Part shown: positions 34,408-48,542 of the stretch, in pieces
Layout: each line of letters opens with the position of its first letter
How positions within the stretch are numbered: position 1 is the stretch's first letter
Assembly: GCA_964016885.1 (NCBI GenBank)
Contig: OZ024745.1
Coordinates: 19,530,001-19,594,000 of the forward strand
Length of the DNA: 64,000 nt
Origin: Eledone cirrhosa
Taxonomy: Eukaryota
Direction of reading: 5' to 3'
Notes under the pieces: generated by a model
The model's input: the letters and a program-made list of their open reading frames with translations, nothing else
Told to the model about the DNA's origin: nothing
The model's database searches: none
Translations under genes and position numbers: made by a program

Positions 34408-37400
34408 AGAAAAATTAAAAATAACCAGACATAGGCGAGGCATAAAAACCCTATGTTTTAATGTAGAGGTATTAGTATGTATAAAAACCAGCCACTATAT
34501 TGTAAATATCAGTATTCCTGAATGAGACATGTATCCATAATGTGTGAAAAGTAATGATCTTATGTTTAGTTTTTTAAAAAAATTCATATGTTTATGTGAT
34601 AACTACAAACATCTATGTGAATTTACATGATCAACTCTGCAAACCCTAAGTTCACGGAAAACATTCTCATTGTGCTATAAAAATTTAAGTATACATATAT
34701 GTGTATATATATACACACAAATATATATAGAGTCAATATTACTACTATTCCTGTCTTTACTCTACAAGATTATCTATCAAGCAGAAATAGAGAGCAGATT
34801 TCAATATACTAATAAAAATATATATCAGAAACAAAACCAAAAAATAACAATAATAATAATAATAAGTAATAATAAAATAGAAAACTAAAAAAACTAAAAA
34901 ATATTACGAAAGAATATTACATATTAGAAATATTACATATTAAAAATATTAAAAATAAAAATATTAGAAAATACTACAATAATAAAAATAAAAATAAACC
35001 ACAAAGATCAACCCTTCAAAATTAATTGACAATATATTGCCAAGTTCATTATAAGCATCAGAGTCGAAAAACAGATAAAGCTAAGAGTCGAAAAACAGAT
35101 AAAGCTAAAAATTATTTATCAAATCGCATCTAGCAAAGATCATTTCAAAAAGTTTAGGATGCCCAATTGGTCTACATGTGTTCTTATATTTAATATAGAA
35201 GTTTATCTAGTGTAACGTTTATTCGAAATATTTGGAGCATCAACTTATAGGGTAGCTTAATTTTTCATGAAGAATGTTTAAATAAAAATAAAAATAAAAA
35301 ATAAAAAGAATAAAAAGAAGAAATCGAAAGATTTATCGGCTAGTTTCCCATATAATTATAAATCAAACTAAATATACTACATTTTAAATTTAAATTTATA
35401 TTTAAACGTTGAGTTTAATCTATGTTTGCAGCAACTGAATAAATTTGTCCGTAGATTAAGGGAATTTTTAGATTTTAGTATAAAGAATATCTCCTCTGCG
35501 CAGAGGTCACATGTCTCAGAGGATGAATTAAAAGGAATCCCTCTTGAGACTATATTCCAAGCCGTCGAATATCCAACGTTATCTAGCTTAAGTTGCCAGA
35601 GTACGCCTGATAGTGCCGTTGAAGATTTTTTGCTTGGATCTGTGAAAGAATTCTTGTGGTTATTATAGCGAAGTTTAAATTCCGTCGATGTGGAACCGAC
35701 GTAGTTAAAAGAATTAGAGTCAGTTTTAACATTACAATTGTATACTATATTTTTAACTAAGCAGTTGTTATTTAACGGACATTTAGATCTATCTCTACAG
35801 TTACATTTGTTAACTTGTATATTATTTATGCTATTATCACTAGGTTTTAAGTTCCTATTATTTATTCTATTAATATTTTGTGCTAAATTTTTGGTGGATG
35901 AGTAGGTTAATTTTATAGTATGTCTATTGAAAATTGAGTGATACCTATGTGTTCTAGGGAAGCGATTATCAAGAGCTTTAAAAAATAGTTTAGCGATGTG
36001 CGTTTTAATGTTTAGTGAGAAAGGGGGGGCAAACCAAATTATGTTCCTAGTTCTATTTCTTTTTTGGCCTTTGGAATTATTGTAATGCTTTCTATTATCG
36101 AATAGAAAGATTTTCGACGAAAAAGCCCAATACTACAATGAAGCATTAGCTAGAGCAGGATATGCTGATAAGATTGTGTACATAGATAATGATAGACAAA
36201 CTAAACAAAATAACAACTATTTTAATTACGGCAACAACCTTAACAACTATAATAGAAAGCATTACAATAATTCCAAAGGCCAAAAAAGAAATAGAACTAG
36301 GAACATAATTTGGTTTGCCCCCCCTTTCTCACTAAACATTAAAACGCACATCGCTAAACTATTTTTTAAAGCTCTTGATAATCGCTTCCCTAGAACACAT
36401 AGGTATCACTCAATTTTCAATAGACATACTATAAAATTAACCTACTCATCCACCAAAAATTTAGCACAAAATATTAATAGAATAAATAATAGGAACTTAA
36501 AACCTAGTGATAATAGCATAAATAATATACAAGTTAACAAATGTAACTGTAGAGATAGATCTAAATGTCCGTTAAATAACAACTGCTTAGTTAAAAATAT
36601 AGTATACAATTGTAATGTTAAAACTGACTCTAATTCTTTTAACTACGTCGGTTCCACATCGACGGAATTTAAACTTCGCTATAATAACCACAAGAATTCT
36701 TTCACAGATCCAAGCAAAAAATCTTCAACGGCACTATCAGGCGTACTCTGGCAACTTAAGCTAGATAACGTTGGATATTCGACGGCTTGGAATATAGTCT
36801 CAAGAGGGATTCCTTTTAATTCATCCTCTGAGACATGTGACCTCTGCGCAGAGGAGATATTCTTTATACTAAAATCTAAAAATTCCCTTAATCTACGGAC
36901 AAATTTATTCAGTTGCTGCAAACATAGATTAAACTCAACGTTTAAATATAAATTTAAATTTAAAATGTAGTATATTTAGTTTGATTTATAATTATATGGG
37001 AAACTAGCCGATAAATCTTTCGATTTCTTCTTTTTATTCTTTTTATTTTTTATTTTTATTTTTATTTAAACATTCTTCATGAAAAATTAAGCTACCCTAT
37101 AAGTTGATGCTCCAAATATTTCGAATAAACGTTACACTAGATAAACTTCTATATTAAATATAAGAACACATGTAGACCAATTGGGCATCCTAAACTTTTT
37201 GAAATGATCTTTGCTAGATGCGATTTGATAAATAATTTTTAGCTTTATCTGTTTTTCGACTCTTAGCTTTATCTGTTTTTCGACTCTGATGCTTATAATG
37301 AACTTGGCAATATATTGTCAATTAATTTTGAAGGGTTGATCTTTGTGGTTTATTTTTATTTTTATTATTGTAGTATTTTCTAATATTTTTATTTTTAATA

Positions 37401-37939
37401 TTTTTAATATGTAATATTTCTAATATGTAATATTCTTTCGTAATATTTTTTAGTTTTTTTAGTTTTCTATTTTATTATTACTTATTATTATTATTATTGT
37501 TATTTTTTGGTTTTGTTTCTGATATATATTTTTATTAGTATATTGAAATCTGCTCTCTATTTCTGCTTGATAGATAATCTTGTAGAGTAAAGACAGGAAT
37601 AGTAGTAATATTGACTCTATATATATTTGTGTGTATATATATACACATATATGTATACTTAAATTTTTATAGCACAATGAGAATGTTTTCCGTGAACTTA
37701 GGGTTTGCAGAGTTGATCATGTAAATTCACATAGATGTTTGTAGTTATCACATAAACATATGAATTTTTTTAAAAAACTAAACATAAGATCATTACTTTT
37801 CACACATTATGGATACATGTCTCATTCAGGAATACTGATATTTACAATATAGTGGCTGGTTTTTATACATACTAATACCTCTACATTAAAACATAGGGTT
37901 TTTATGCCTCGCCTATGTCTGGTTATTTTTAATTTTTCT
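34408..37939. mobile_element. Penelope-like element family 1: 3' fragment as a 1691-bp-arm inverted duplication
   Basis: 34408-36098 is the reverse complement of 36249-37939 (mirror ORFs in the track); 150-bp spacer; (TA)n follows the right arm. Confidence 0.93.
36099..36970 (+). pseudogene. PLE C-terminal fragment: end of RT thumb, CxC linker, GIY-YIG endonuclease
   Basis: YYNEALARAGY, IIWFAPPFS, KCNCRDRSKCPLNNNC, NIVY..YVGST, FKLRYNNH, CDLC..E. Confidence 0.88.
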
Positions 37940-37944
37940 TTAAT

Positions 37945-37981
<37 letters not shown>

Positions 37982-38041
37982 AAAATTAAGATAATCAAAA
38001 TTATGGGTGTCATGCCAGAAAGACATGCGCCATATCATCCG

Positions 38042-38137
<96 letters not shown>

Positions 38138-38151
38138 TGTGTGTGTGTGTC

Positions 38152-38196
<45 letters not shown>

Positions 38197-38208
38197 TTAA
38201 TATAGATG

Positions 38209-38259
38209 AGATTCTACAGGACTAGAACTGTTTCATTCATTAGAAATCATCAGGAATCT
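38209..38259 (-). ncRNA. Hammerhead ribozyme in inverted pLTR
   Basis: Reverse complement of 38689-38739. Confidence 0.8.
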
Positions 38260-38688
38260 GGGTATCAAAAAATAAATATGGTATTTATAGGTCTCTACAA
38301 GTGGTAGGAGAGGGTGGGGAGTTGGATGGGTGCAGGTCATTGGTTGATAGAAAAGGGAATTCATTAAAAGCTAATTCTACAAAGCTATAGTTAATTTTTA
38401 TTTTTATTTATATTTATTTATGTTTTTATAGACATCTGTTAGCTTAAGAGAAACTTATTGACAAGGAATGGTATGCCATCCGGAACCTGTTTATAGAATT
38501 CTGTCTGCCTTTGTTACTCTAAAAACATAAATAAATATAAATAAAAATAAAAATTAACTATAGCTTTGTAGAATTAGCTTTTAATGAATTCCCTTTTCTA
38601 TCAACCAATGACCTGCACCCATCCAACTCCCCACCCTCTCCTACCACTTGTAGAGACCTATAAATACCATATTTATTTTTTGATACCC

Positions 38689-38739
38689 AGATTCCTGATG
38701 ATTTCTAATGAATGAAACAGTTCTAGTCCTGTAGAATCT
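38689..38739 (+). ncRNA. Type I hammerhead ribozyme in 5' pLTR
   Basis: agauuc-CUGAUGA-uuucuaaugaau-GAAA-cag-uucuaguc-cug-UA-gaaucu; 6-bp stem I; predicted cleavage after GUA at 38733. Confidence 0.85.
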
Positions 38740-38869
38740 CATCTATATTAAAACTGTTATACTCTGCTATGTATTGAGTACCTTACTTACTGTGGTTACC
38801 TCCGATTCAACCCGGAATAACGTACATTTTAGCACTCTCTGTGCCCCTTATAACCTTCATCAAGAAACC

Positions 38870-41012
38870 ATGCTGACCAAACTCGACCTTGATATTTCCT
38901 TGAAGAACATCCCTATCCCTCCAAGGAAACTATACTTAAAAACACTCATCAGACGTACCGACGAGTTCATCAAGCGAATTAGATGGAGGGCCTTCTTCCT
39001 CGACAACCCTGATGTAGCATCTACCAATGATGAGAAGTTCGGCTTCAAAACGAATAAGACACCACCCACCAACAGCCTACTCCAACCATTTGAGGAAGAC
39101 CTCTTCAAGATGATCAAGGATATTAAATTCCGTAGAGCCACCACACCATTCCAGGCCTACTTAAATGCCGAATTACGGAATATAAAAAAATCCCCTAATC
39201 TTTATGTCTCCTCCGATAAAACCAAAAACGTTTATGAGGTAGACCCACAGACCTACAATAAGCTGGCATAAAATACCATCACGACCACCTACAAAAAGGT
39301 AATAGAGAGGGCGCTGACTGAGACAAACGCGGCCGGAAAAGAAATCGCCAAGTCCCTTAAATTACATGACCGAACCGAACCTTTAAGGGTAAAGACCCCG
39401 CACTTTACCCTGAAGGACCATAAGGGAAATTTCCTCAACAAACCATCAGTCAGACTTATCAACCCCACTCGTTCTGACATCGGCTCTATCAGTAAGAAGA
39501 TCCTGGATAGAGTTCTACCATTATTGCGGGCGGCCTCACCACTTCCACTCTGGAGTAGAACATCTGAGGCAATATCATGGTTCCGAGAATTACCCGATAA
39601 ACACCACACTCGCTTCCTGCAACTCGACATAGAAAACTACTATGCCTCTATCTCGGAGCCCCTCCTGAAGGACGCAATTAACTTTGCCAGGAATTTTACC
39701 ACCATTACCGATGCCGAGCAAGTTATTATCCTCCACGCTCGTAAGACCTTTCTATACCACGATGGATCTTACTGGATCAACAAGAAATCTCAGACCCCAT
39801 TTGACGTTAGCATGGGGGCGAGTGACTCGGCTGAAATTAGCGACCTTGTGGGCCTGTACATCCTACATAACCTGAAGAACCTCTTTACTGGCCTAACTGG
39901 AGGTTTATACCGAGACGACGGCCTCTTCACCCTGCATAAGGTTAGCCCCAGAACCACCGATGGGTTTCGGAAAAACTTAAGCTCTGTCTTCTCTAATCTA
40001 GGATTTAGTATAACTATAGATTCTAATTTGACTAGGGCCAACTTCTTAGATGTCACTCTCGACCTAGATACTTCCCTCTATTACCCGTACCACAAACCTA
40101 ACGAGTCCCTTAAATATATTAATGTTAATTCAAACCACCCCCAAAACATTACTGATAACCTAGTAAAAAGCGTCTCTATTAGAATATCTGGCCTCTCCGC
40201 CAACAAAGATATTTTTAATGCATCTGCCTCCTACTACAATGACGCCCTAGCCCGTAGCGGATTTAAAGATAAGATAACTTACCTAGAAACCACCGCAAAA
40301 TTGCAGAGGAGGAATAGACATAGGCAGATTAGCTGGTACAACCCTCCCTTCAATAGAGAGGTATCTACTCCGATAGCTAGGATTTTCTTCACTTTACTGA
40401 AATTACACTTCCCCATACAACATAGGTACTACACCATCTTTAATAAGAACACTATAAGACTGTCTTACTCCACCACACCTAACCTAGCTAGGAATATAGC
40501 CAACCACAACTCTAAACTAAATAAGCCAACCACCTCCGAAACCAACCCCCGGACTGGGGCTCTATGTAATTGCCTAAATAAGGAAGCATGCCCACTAGAA
40601 AACAAATGCCTCACAAATGACATCGTATACAAATGCGATGTCATCTCGGGCACCGAGGATTGCAAAAAAAACTTACATCGGCATGACCTCCAACACCTTT
40701 AAGACCCGCTGGTATGCCCATACCCACTCCTTCAGAAGACCGGATAAATCAAATCAAACAACACTCGCCTCCTACGTTTGGGACCTCAAAAGGAACTCCA
40801 CCCCCTTCACGCTTAATTGGAAAATACTCCAGAAAGCGCGCTCTTACAACGGAGGACACAAGGGCTGCGACCTTTGTATTTCAGAGAGCTACGAAATTTT
40901 ATTCGCCAAGGGCCCGCTACTGAACAAACTCTCTGAACACTGCCCGAACTGCATGCACAAGAACTTTGCAACATTCAAACACTTTAAGCCAGTGTTAAAG
41001 CCCGATGGCTAA
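38870..41012 (+). pseudogene. PLE RT + GIY-YIG ORF with one nonsense codon (39269-39271) and one frameshift (A run near 40663-40670)
   Basis: SLKNIPIP, SDKTKN, TLKDHK..RLINP, LDIENYY, MGASDSAEI, LYRDDG, FLDV, CNCLNKEACP, IVY..YIGMT, CDLC. Confidence 0.92.
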
Positions 41013-41230
41013 AAACGACCTCCCCCTACTGGCCCCTATACCTCCTCCCCACCCTACCCCCACCCCTCCTCAACCTGAAATACGGCCACTATGGTCATGT
41101 GAGTACCTCTTTCGTATCTACATTTTCTGCCTGTAGAGGTGTCTTTATGTGCCTGTGTATATGCGTATATTTATTGAGTACCTATTTACTTGTATGTGTA
41201 TATATTTGTTTGTATATGTGTATATGTGTA

Positions 41231-41379
<149 letters not shown>

Positions 41380-41477
41380 ATATATGTATATATATATGTT
41401 TGTGTGTATATGTGTTTTATGTGTGTATATTTATGTAGGTATATGTATGTATGTGTTTGTGTATATGTATGTATGTA

Positions 41478-41522
<45 letters not shown>

Positions 41523-41680
41523 ATATATATATATATGTGTATATATGTAGATTAAACTACCAAGAGTTTACGGTAGTGTCCAATCCGTATGAAGAACTCA
41601 ATGTATTCCGGATATCATGGAAAGAAGAGATGTAATGAAAATCCACTTTCGGTGAAAGATAAACGGTATACAGAGTCAAG

Positions 41681-42087
41681 ATAAAATATTAAACAAATAA
41701 TGAACAAACAATTCCTTATATTAAACAAAAAAAGTTCACTATTTAACGATCGTTTCTAGGGCATATATGTGTTATAATTGGTATGCATATTTAACAGATC
41801 TATGTACAAAATTATACAAAATTATACAAATTATCAAGATTAAATATACATACCTAACTCATATATACGCCGTCTTCAGAAATAATTATTTCTGAAGACG
41901 GCGTATATATGAGTTAGGTATGTATATTTAATCTTGATAATTTGTATAATTTTGTATAATTTTGTACATAGATCTGTTAAATATGCATACCAATTATAAC
42001 ACATATATGCCCTAGAAACGATCGTTAAATAGTGAACTTTTTTTGTTTAATATAAGGAATTGTTTGTTCATTATTTGTTTAATATTT

Positions 42088-42090
<3 letters not shown>
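41681..42090. repeat. 410-bp spacer-less palindrome (fold-back pLTR-like remnant; insert begins near 41549)
   Basis: Centre ...cttcagaaata|at|tatttctgaag... at 41885/41886; the arms mirror out to 41681 and 42090. Confidence 0.92.
41887..42031 (+). ncRNA. Hammerhead-like motif with long stem II loop (mirror copy 41740-41884, minus strand)
   Basis: uauuu-CUGAAGA-c-ggcguaua...uauaugcc-cua-GAAA-cgaucg-UU-aaaua. Confidence 0.62.
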
Positions 42091-42128
<38 letters not shown>

Positions 42129-42286
42129 ATATATATATGTGTGTGTGTGTATGTGTATATGTATATATGTATATATTTATGTATGTGTATGTGTATATAT
42201 ATATGTTTGTGTGTATATGTGTTTTATGTGTGTATATTTTTGTATGTATATGTATGTATGTGTTTGTGTATATGTATGTATGTGTG

Positions 42287-42358
<72 letters not shown>

Positions 42359-42506
42359 TGTGTGTATGTATCTGTATGTATGTATGTATGTATGTATACG
42401 TGTGTATGTGTGTGTGTATGTTTATGTATATGTCTGTGTATGTGTGTATGTATGTATGTGTGTGTATATGTGTGTATATATATGTGTATATGTATGTGTG
42501 TGTATA

Positions 42507-42540
<34 letters not shown>

Positions 42541-42618
42541 TATATATATGTGTGTGTATGTATATATATATATATATATGTATGCATGTATGTGTATGTA
42601 TGTATGTGTGTATGTATG

Positions 42619-42665
<47 letters not shown>

Positions 42666-42730
42666 ATATATATATGTATATATATGTATATATATATATA
42701 TGTGTGTGTATATGTATATATGTATATGTA

Positions 42731-42761
<31 letters not shown>

Positions 42762-42765
42762 GTGC

Positions 42766-42865
<100 letters not shown>

Positions 42866-42923
42866 GTATATATATGTATATATGTATGTATGTATATATA
42901 TATGTATATGATTGTGTGGGCAG

Positions 42924-42967
<44 letters not shown>

Positions 42968-42968
42968 G

Positions 42969-43021
<53 letters not shown>

Positions 43022-43162
43022 GTATATATATGTATATATATGTGTATGTGTGTGTGTATGTGTGTGTGTATGTATATATATATATATATATATATGTGCA
43101 TGAGAGAGAGAGTGTGTGTGTATATATATTTTGTGTGTGGGTGTGTGTATGTGTGTATGCGC

Positions 43163-43210
<48 letters not shown>

Positions 43211-43223
43211 ATGTATGTATGTG

Positions 43224-43273
<50 letters not shown>

Positions 43274-43417
43274 TATATGTGTGTATATGTATGTATATAT
43301 ATATATATATATGTGTGTGTATGTATATATGTGTGTGTATATGTGCGTTATATGTCTGTATATATATGTGTATATTTATGTATAGGTCTGTGTATGTATG
43401 TGTATGTTTGTGTATGT

Positions 43418-43491
<74 letters not shown>

Positions 43492-43738
43492 TTGTATGTG
43501 TGTGTATAGAGATATATATATATATATGTATATGTGTGTATATATATGTACATATATATATATGTATATATATATGTGTATGTGTATATATATATATATA
43601 TGTGTGTGTATATATATATGTGTGTGTATGTGTGTGTGTATAGATATTTATACATATGTATACTCGTGTTCGTATGTATGCGTGTGAGTCTATTTATTTG
43701 TGTATATATGTGTGTGTGTGTGTATGTATGTGTATGTC

Positions 43739-43803
<65 letters not shown>

Positions 43804-43924
43804 GTATGTATGTATATATATATATGTGTATATATATATGTGTGTGTGTGTGTATGTGTGTATATATATATATATATATGTATATGTGTTTGTATATATA
43901 TGTATATATGTATATATATGTATA

Positions 43925-43974
<50 letters not shown>

Positions 43975-44702
43975 CGTATGTATATGTGTATATGTATTTT
44001 ATATATGTATGTATGTATGTATGTGTGTATGTATGTGTGTGTACATGAGAATATATATTTTTATATATATTTATATATTTTTTATATATGTGTGTGTGTT
44101 TTTATGTGTGTATATGTGTTTGTGTGTGTGTTTATGGTTGCGCGTAAGTGTGTGAGTGAGTATGTGTGTTTTTTTGTTTTTTATGTGTGTTTTTTTGTTT
44201 TTCTGTTTTTTTGTTTTTTTGTTTTTTTGTTTTTTTGTGAATGTGTCTGTTGATTTTGGCATATTGTTGATTAGTTTAAGAGAAGTTCGAAGATAATAGT
44301 AAGATATGCACTCAGTATTTTGAATCTGTCTGCAGAATTCCCTAGACCTTTGTCACTTAGTAGAACCTTAATGACTTTAGCTTTTAAAGAATCTCCCTCT
44401 TCTTTAATTCTATCGAGCTTGACTGACCCCCCACTGATTTTATAGACATCTGTTAGCTTAAGAGAAACTTATTGACAAGGAATGGTATGCCATCCGGAAC
44501 CTGTTTATAGAATTCTGTCTGCCTTTGTTACTCTAAAAACATAAATAAATATAAATAAAAATAAAAATTAACTATAGCTTTGTAGAATTAGCTTTTAATG
44601 AATTCCCTTTTCTATCAACCAATGACCTGCACCCATCCAACTCCCCACCCTCTCCTACCACTTGTAGAGACCTATAAATACCATATTTATTTTTTGATAC
44701 CC

Positions 44703-44753
44703 AGATTCCTGATGATTTCTAATGAATGAAACAGTTGTAGTCCTGTAGAATCT
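44703..44753 (+). ncRNA. Type I hammerhead ribozyme in 3' pLTR
   Basis: Same as 38689-38739 except one stem III loop base (ttgtag vs ttctag). Confidence 0.85.
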
Positions 44754-44835
44754 CATCTATATTAAAACTGTTATACTCTGCTATGTATTGAGTACCTTAC
44801 TTACTGTGGTTACCTCCGATTCAACCCGGAATAAC

Positions 44836-44874
<39 letters not shown>

Positions 44875-45054
44875 CACCCCATTTGTGTTGGAAGGCTTAA
44901 CTAACAGGTAGATCTGGTCTTTCCAGTTAGCAAAACAGGCCATAGAAATACGTATTGTTATTATGCAACATTAAAAGAATAAGAATATTTGGAACCCGGG
45001 CTTCTGTTGTCGTTTAAATAAATAAATAAATATATATATATGTGTGTGTGTGTG

Positions 45055-45127
<73 letters not shown>

Positions 45128-45264
45128 GAAACACACATAGACCTCTCCAGGGTTTATGTTTATATGCCCATTTATTAAACAAGTTTTCGTAATCAAACAA
45201 CATTGATGCTTCTAACTATTTTAATTCAAAGCTTCCTATCGTTCAACGGTTCTAAAAATAGATT

Positions 45265-45315
<51 letters not shown>

Positions 45316-45644
45316 CATGTGGAAGCTTAGTAAAATCGAAGCTTTGGCTGTGGGCAAGCAAAGTCGACCTACAATATGAATGAGTTAGCAAAGCACTCAA
45401 TAAGGGTAGGTCCTTAGAGTAACAACATACGTTTAAATAGCTTGACAAATTGAACATTCTGGTAGGCTAAAAACCTAACACACAATACCAGAGCAACGAA
45501 AAAATTAACAGGTTAAAAAATATATATATATATATATATATATATACACCGCACTCTCAAGCGTGAACCTAATACCAACACTGTTCGTACTGCACTCCTT
45601 GTTTTTGTTTTGTTCTTTGCCAATATATATATATATATATATAC

Positions 45645-45778
<134 letters not shown>

Positions 45779-45780
45779 GG

Positions 45781-45818
<38 letters not shown>

Positions 45819-45828
45819 TATAGGGAAA

Positions 45829-46011
45829 AAAGATGAAATCGAAAATGCAACTGGAATCTTTTTAAGAATATTTATTTGTTTCCTTTACCGGTTTCACAGT
45901 TCTTATGCTTTTCAAAAGTAGAATTGAGATGGAGGGTTTGTGGTTTTTCTGGTAAAGGAAACAAATAAATATTCTTAAAAAGACTCCAGTTGCATTTTCG
46001 ATTTCATCTTT
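45829..46011. repeat. Short fold-back (61-bp arms) in (TA)n with a variant hammerhead (45883-45918, minus)
   Basis: Arms 45829-45889 and 45951-46011; cuu-UUGAAAA-gca-uaagaac-ugu-GAAA-ccgg-UA-aag. Confidence 0.7.
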
Positions 46012-46061
<50 letters not shown>

Positions 46062-46137
46062 CAAAGGAATTGTGGTAAGGAACCAGATAGACCATAATGC
46101 ACCAGAGTACTCAATACTTAGGGTAGTAGAGTGGGAA

Positions 46138-46254
46138 ATAGGAAAAAGTATGACCCCGACGGCAGAGCTCAAGCCGTTTCGACGGCTATTTCTGGAGTCC
46201 AGAAATAGCCGTCGAAACGGCTTGAGCTCTGCCGTCGGGGGGGTCATACTTTTT

Positions 46255-46259
<5 letters not shown>
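46138..46259. repeat. Near-perfect palindrome containing the 3' half of a hammerhead
   Basis: Centre at 46197; GAAA-cggc-uugagcucu-gccg-UC at 46214-46236. Confidence 0.8.
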
Positions 46260-46335
<76 letters not shown>

Positions 46336-46539
46336 TAAATAAAAGCATTATTGCTCCAATCATTCCACAAAACACTAAACCGAACACCAACTTGCACCCA
46401 TGACCTCTGCTAAAACAAGCCCCTACTCACTCTAGGACCGCAACAGCCACTAGATGGGGAAGACAAACGTTATCAAGCCGCAGCTGTCAAAAGATGAAAC
46501 GGGACCACATTCATGTTTTCAATATATGTATACTACACA

Positions 46540-46915
46540 CATATATTGGGCCGTCTTCTTGTCGTAGGACACAATGGTTCGAGAGACAGATGGAGATTGT
46601 TGGGCTGAACTTAGATGTTATTTGTGGTATTAGGGATTCCAGGCCAGCGGGAAAATGTCTGAAGGGGCAATTTCGAACAACATGCAGCACTGCCTGGTCA
46701 GGGTCCCCCACAGTCACATGTTGGGATGTCTTTCACTTTCCATCGGTAGAGATGATAGGCTGTCCTGGCAAGTGTTGTGTGGATCTTATTAAGGAACGCC
46801 CATTGCATTCTGGGAAGGTCAAAGACGGCTGGTTTAGATGTAAGGTCCTGCACGAGGTTTGGTTGGCAAATTTGAACTCATTGCATGATCTTCGCCTCTC
46901 TTCCTTCAGATCAAT
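46540..46915 (-). mobile_element. Degenerate LINE C-terminal remnant (clade uncertain)
   Basis: With a 1-nt frameshift it reads TCDCG-DPDQAVLHVVRNCPFRHF, a LINE-type terminal zinc knuckle. Confidence 0.45.
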
Positions 46916-46943
46916 ATTATACATAGATATATATATATATATA

Positions 46944-47123
46944 TTTCAATAAGAGATAGATCGATTGTGAAGCCATGATCGATTATCACTGATCTCATCA
47001 GGTGAAAATGTCTTCAAATTCTTGATATGAGGGAGAAAAATAACGATGTTCTCTCACAGAATTCAGTGATAATCGATCATGGCTTCACAATCGATCTATC
47101 TCTTATTGAAACATGTGTCGTGA
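46944..47123. repeat. 49-bp inverted repeat sharing a split hammerhead
   Basis: Arms 46944-46992 and 47063-47111; ucac-CUGAUGA on minus (47005-46995) and GAAA-c-augu-g-UC-guga on plus (47108-47123). Confidence 0.7.
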
Positions 47124-47309
47124 TTCAATGATTGGAATTTTACCTTGCCTTCGGATTTTCATTTTGATACTTATACTCCGTTTTACATCATCTAGCTGTT
47201 CCCTCGAATGGAATTGGAGATATAGAAAAGCGTATAAATTTATGTTAGCAATCTAACATAAATTTATTGGACCTTTTTACACAACCAATAATGCACCTTA
47301 CTATATAAC

Positions 47310-47406
<97 letters not shown>

Positions 47407-48069
47407 ACATGATTTATGATATATATATACATATAATGATGAAATATATGGAGAATAGAATGACTGTGTAGTTGCTACTTAAGGTAACTTAAAATGCAGT
47501 GGAAATACGAAGAAACCAAGAATGAGATGGGGGTGTTTTCCTCATCAGTTGTCTACTGGGGTCTCGATATTTCTACGCTTTAAAGACAAGATACCATTTC
47601 ACCCCAGGGCGTCAATAATTGGATAAGTTTATTGGGAAAACGAAGGAAGGAGGGAAGGAAAGCAAAGGGGAAGAAAAGAGAAAACAGTAACAAAACAATT
47701 GCCACCAGTAATAATTTTAAAAGGGGAAATCCTCACGAGGCTTACGGTCAAGACAGAAAGGTAGTAAAGAGTAGATTGGTGGCTAGTAATAGTATTGCTA
47801 GAAGAAGCAGTTAATTACAGCCTAATTTTTACTCAACCTTATATATATATGCAGAGGTTATATTTAATTTGTTGGGATTCAACAAGCTTAAAAATGTTTA
47901 TATCTGATATAAAGCACTCAACTGATTAGTGGAGTAAATACACAATATATTAATAAATGGAAACTATATTTATAAAACCATATTTATTTTATTTTATATA
48001 TTTGAAGGGCAACCAAGGCAAATTATGGTGCGCTTTCATCAGATAAAATACAGATTTGTTTTATAAATA

Positions 48070-48163
<94 letters not shown>

Positions 48164-48505
48164 GTATATATATATATACATTTCAAATTTCAAATTTCAA
48201 AATTTTTCAATGCTTCTTAAGTCAACCAGTTGTTTACTAATGTAGTTACAGACTTAATCTCACCGAGGTTTAATCTTGCCTAGAAACTGCGAGATACGGG
48301 TTCGATTCCTCTCTCCGTCTCCAGGGATATTTTACCCGAATTTATAAACTATTATTTATAGTGATCCACTATTATTATAGACATTTACGTTGGGACGCCG
48401 ACATTCCACATTTCATCTATACATACGATATAAGGTTTCTAACCTTTCTCTATCCTCCACAATCCGTGTTAAGTGCTTCTCTCTTTCGTTTCTATACGAG
48501 ATGGG

Positions 48506-48542
<37 letters not shown>

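Noticed and set aside
34408-37939. DNA transposon with long TIRs
   Set aside because: The arms encode PLE endonuclease sequence; no transposase or TSD is evident.
38870-41012. Selenocysteine read-through as in some Naiad PLEs
   Set aside because: The in-frame stop is TAA, not TGA, and the endonuclease is C-terminal.
48280-48325. tRNA gene suggested by gggttcgattcc B-box-like motif
   Set aside because: No cloverleaf or convincing A box could be built.
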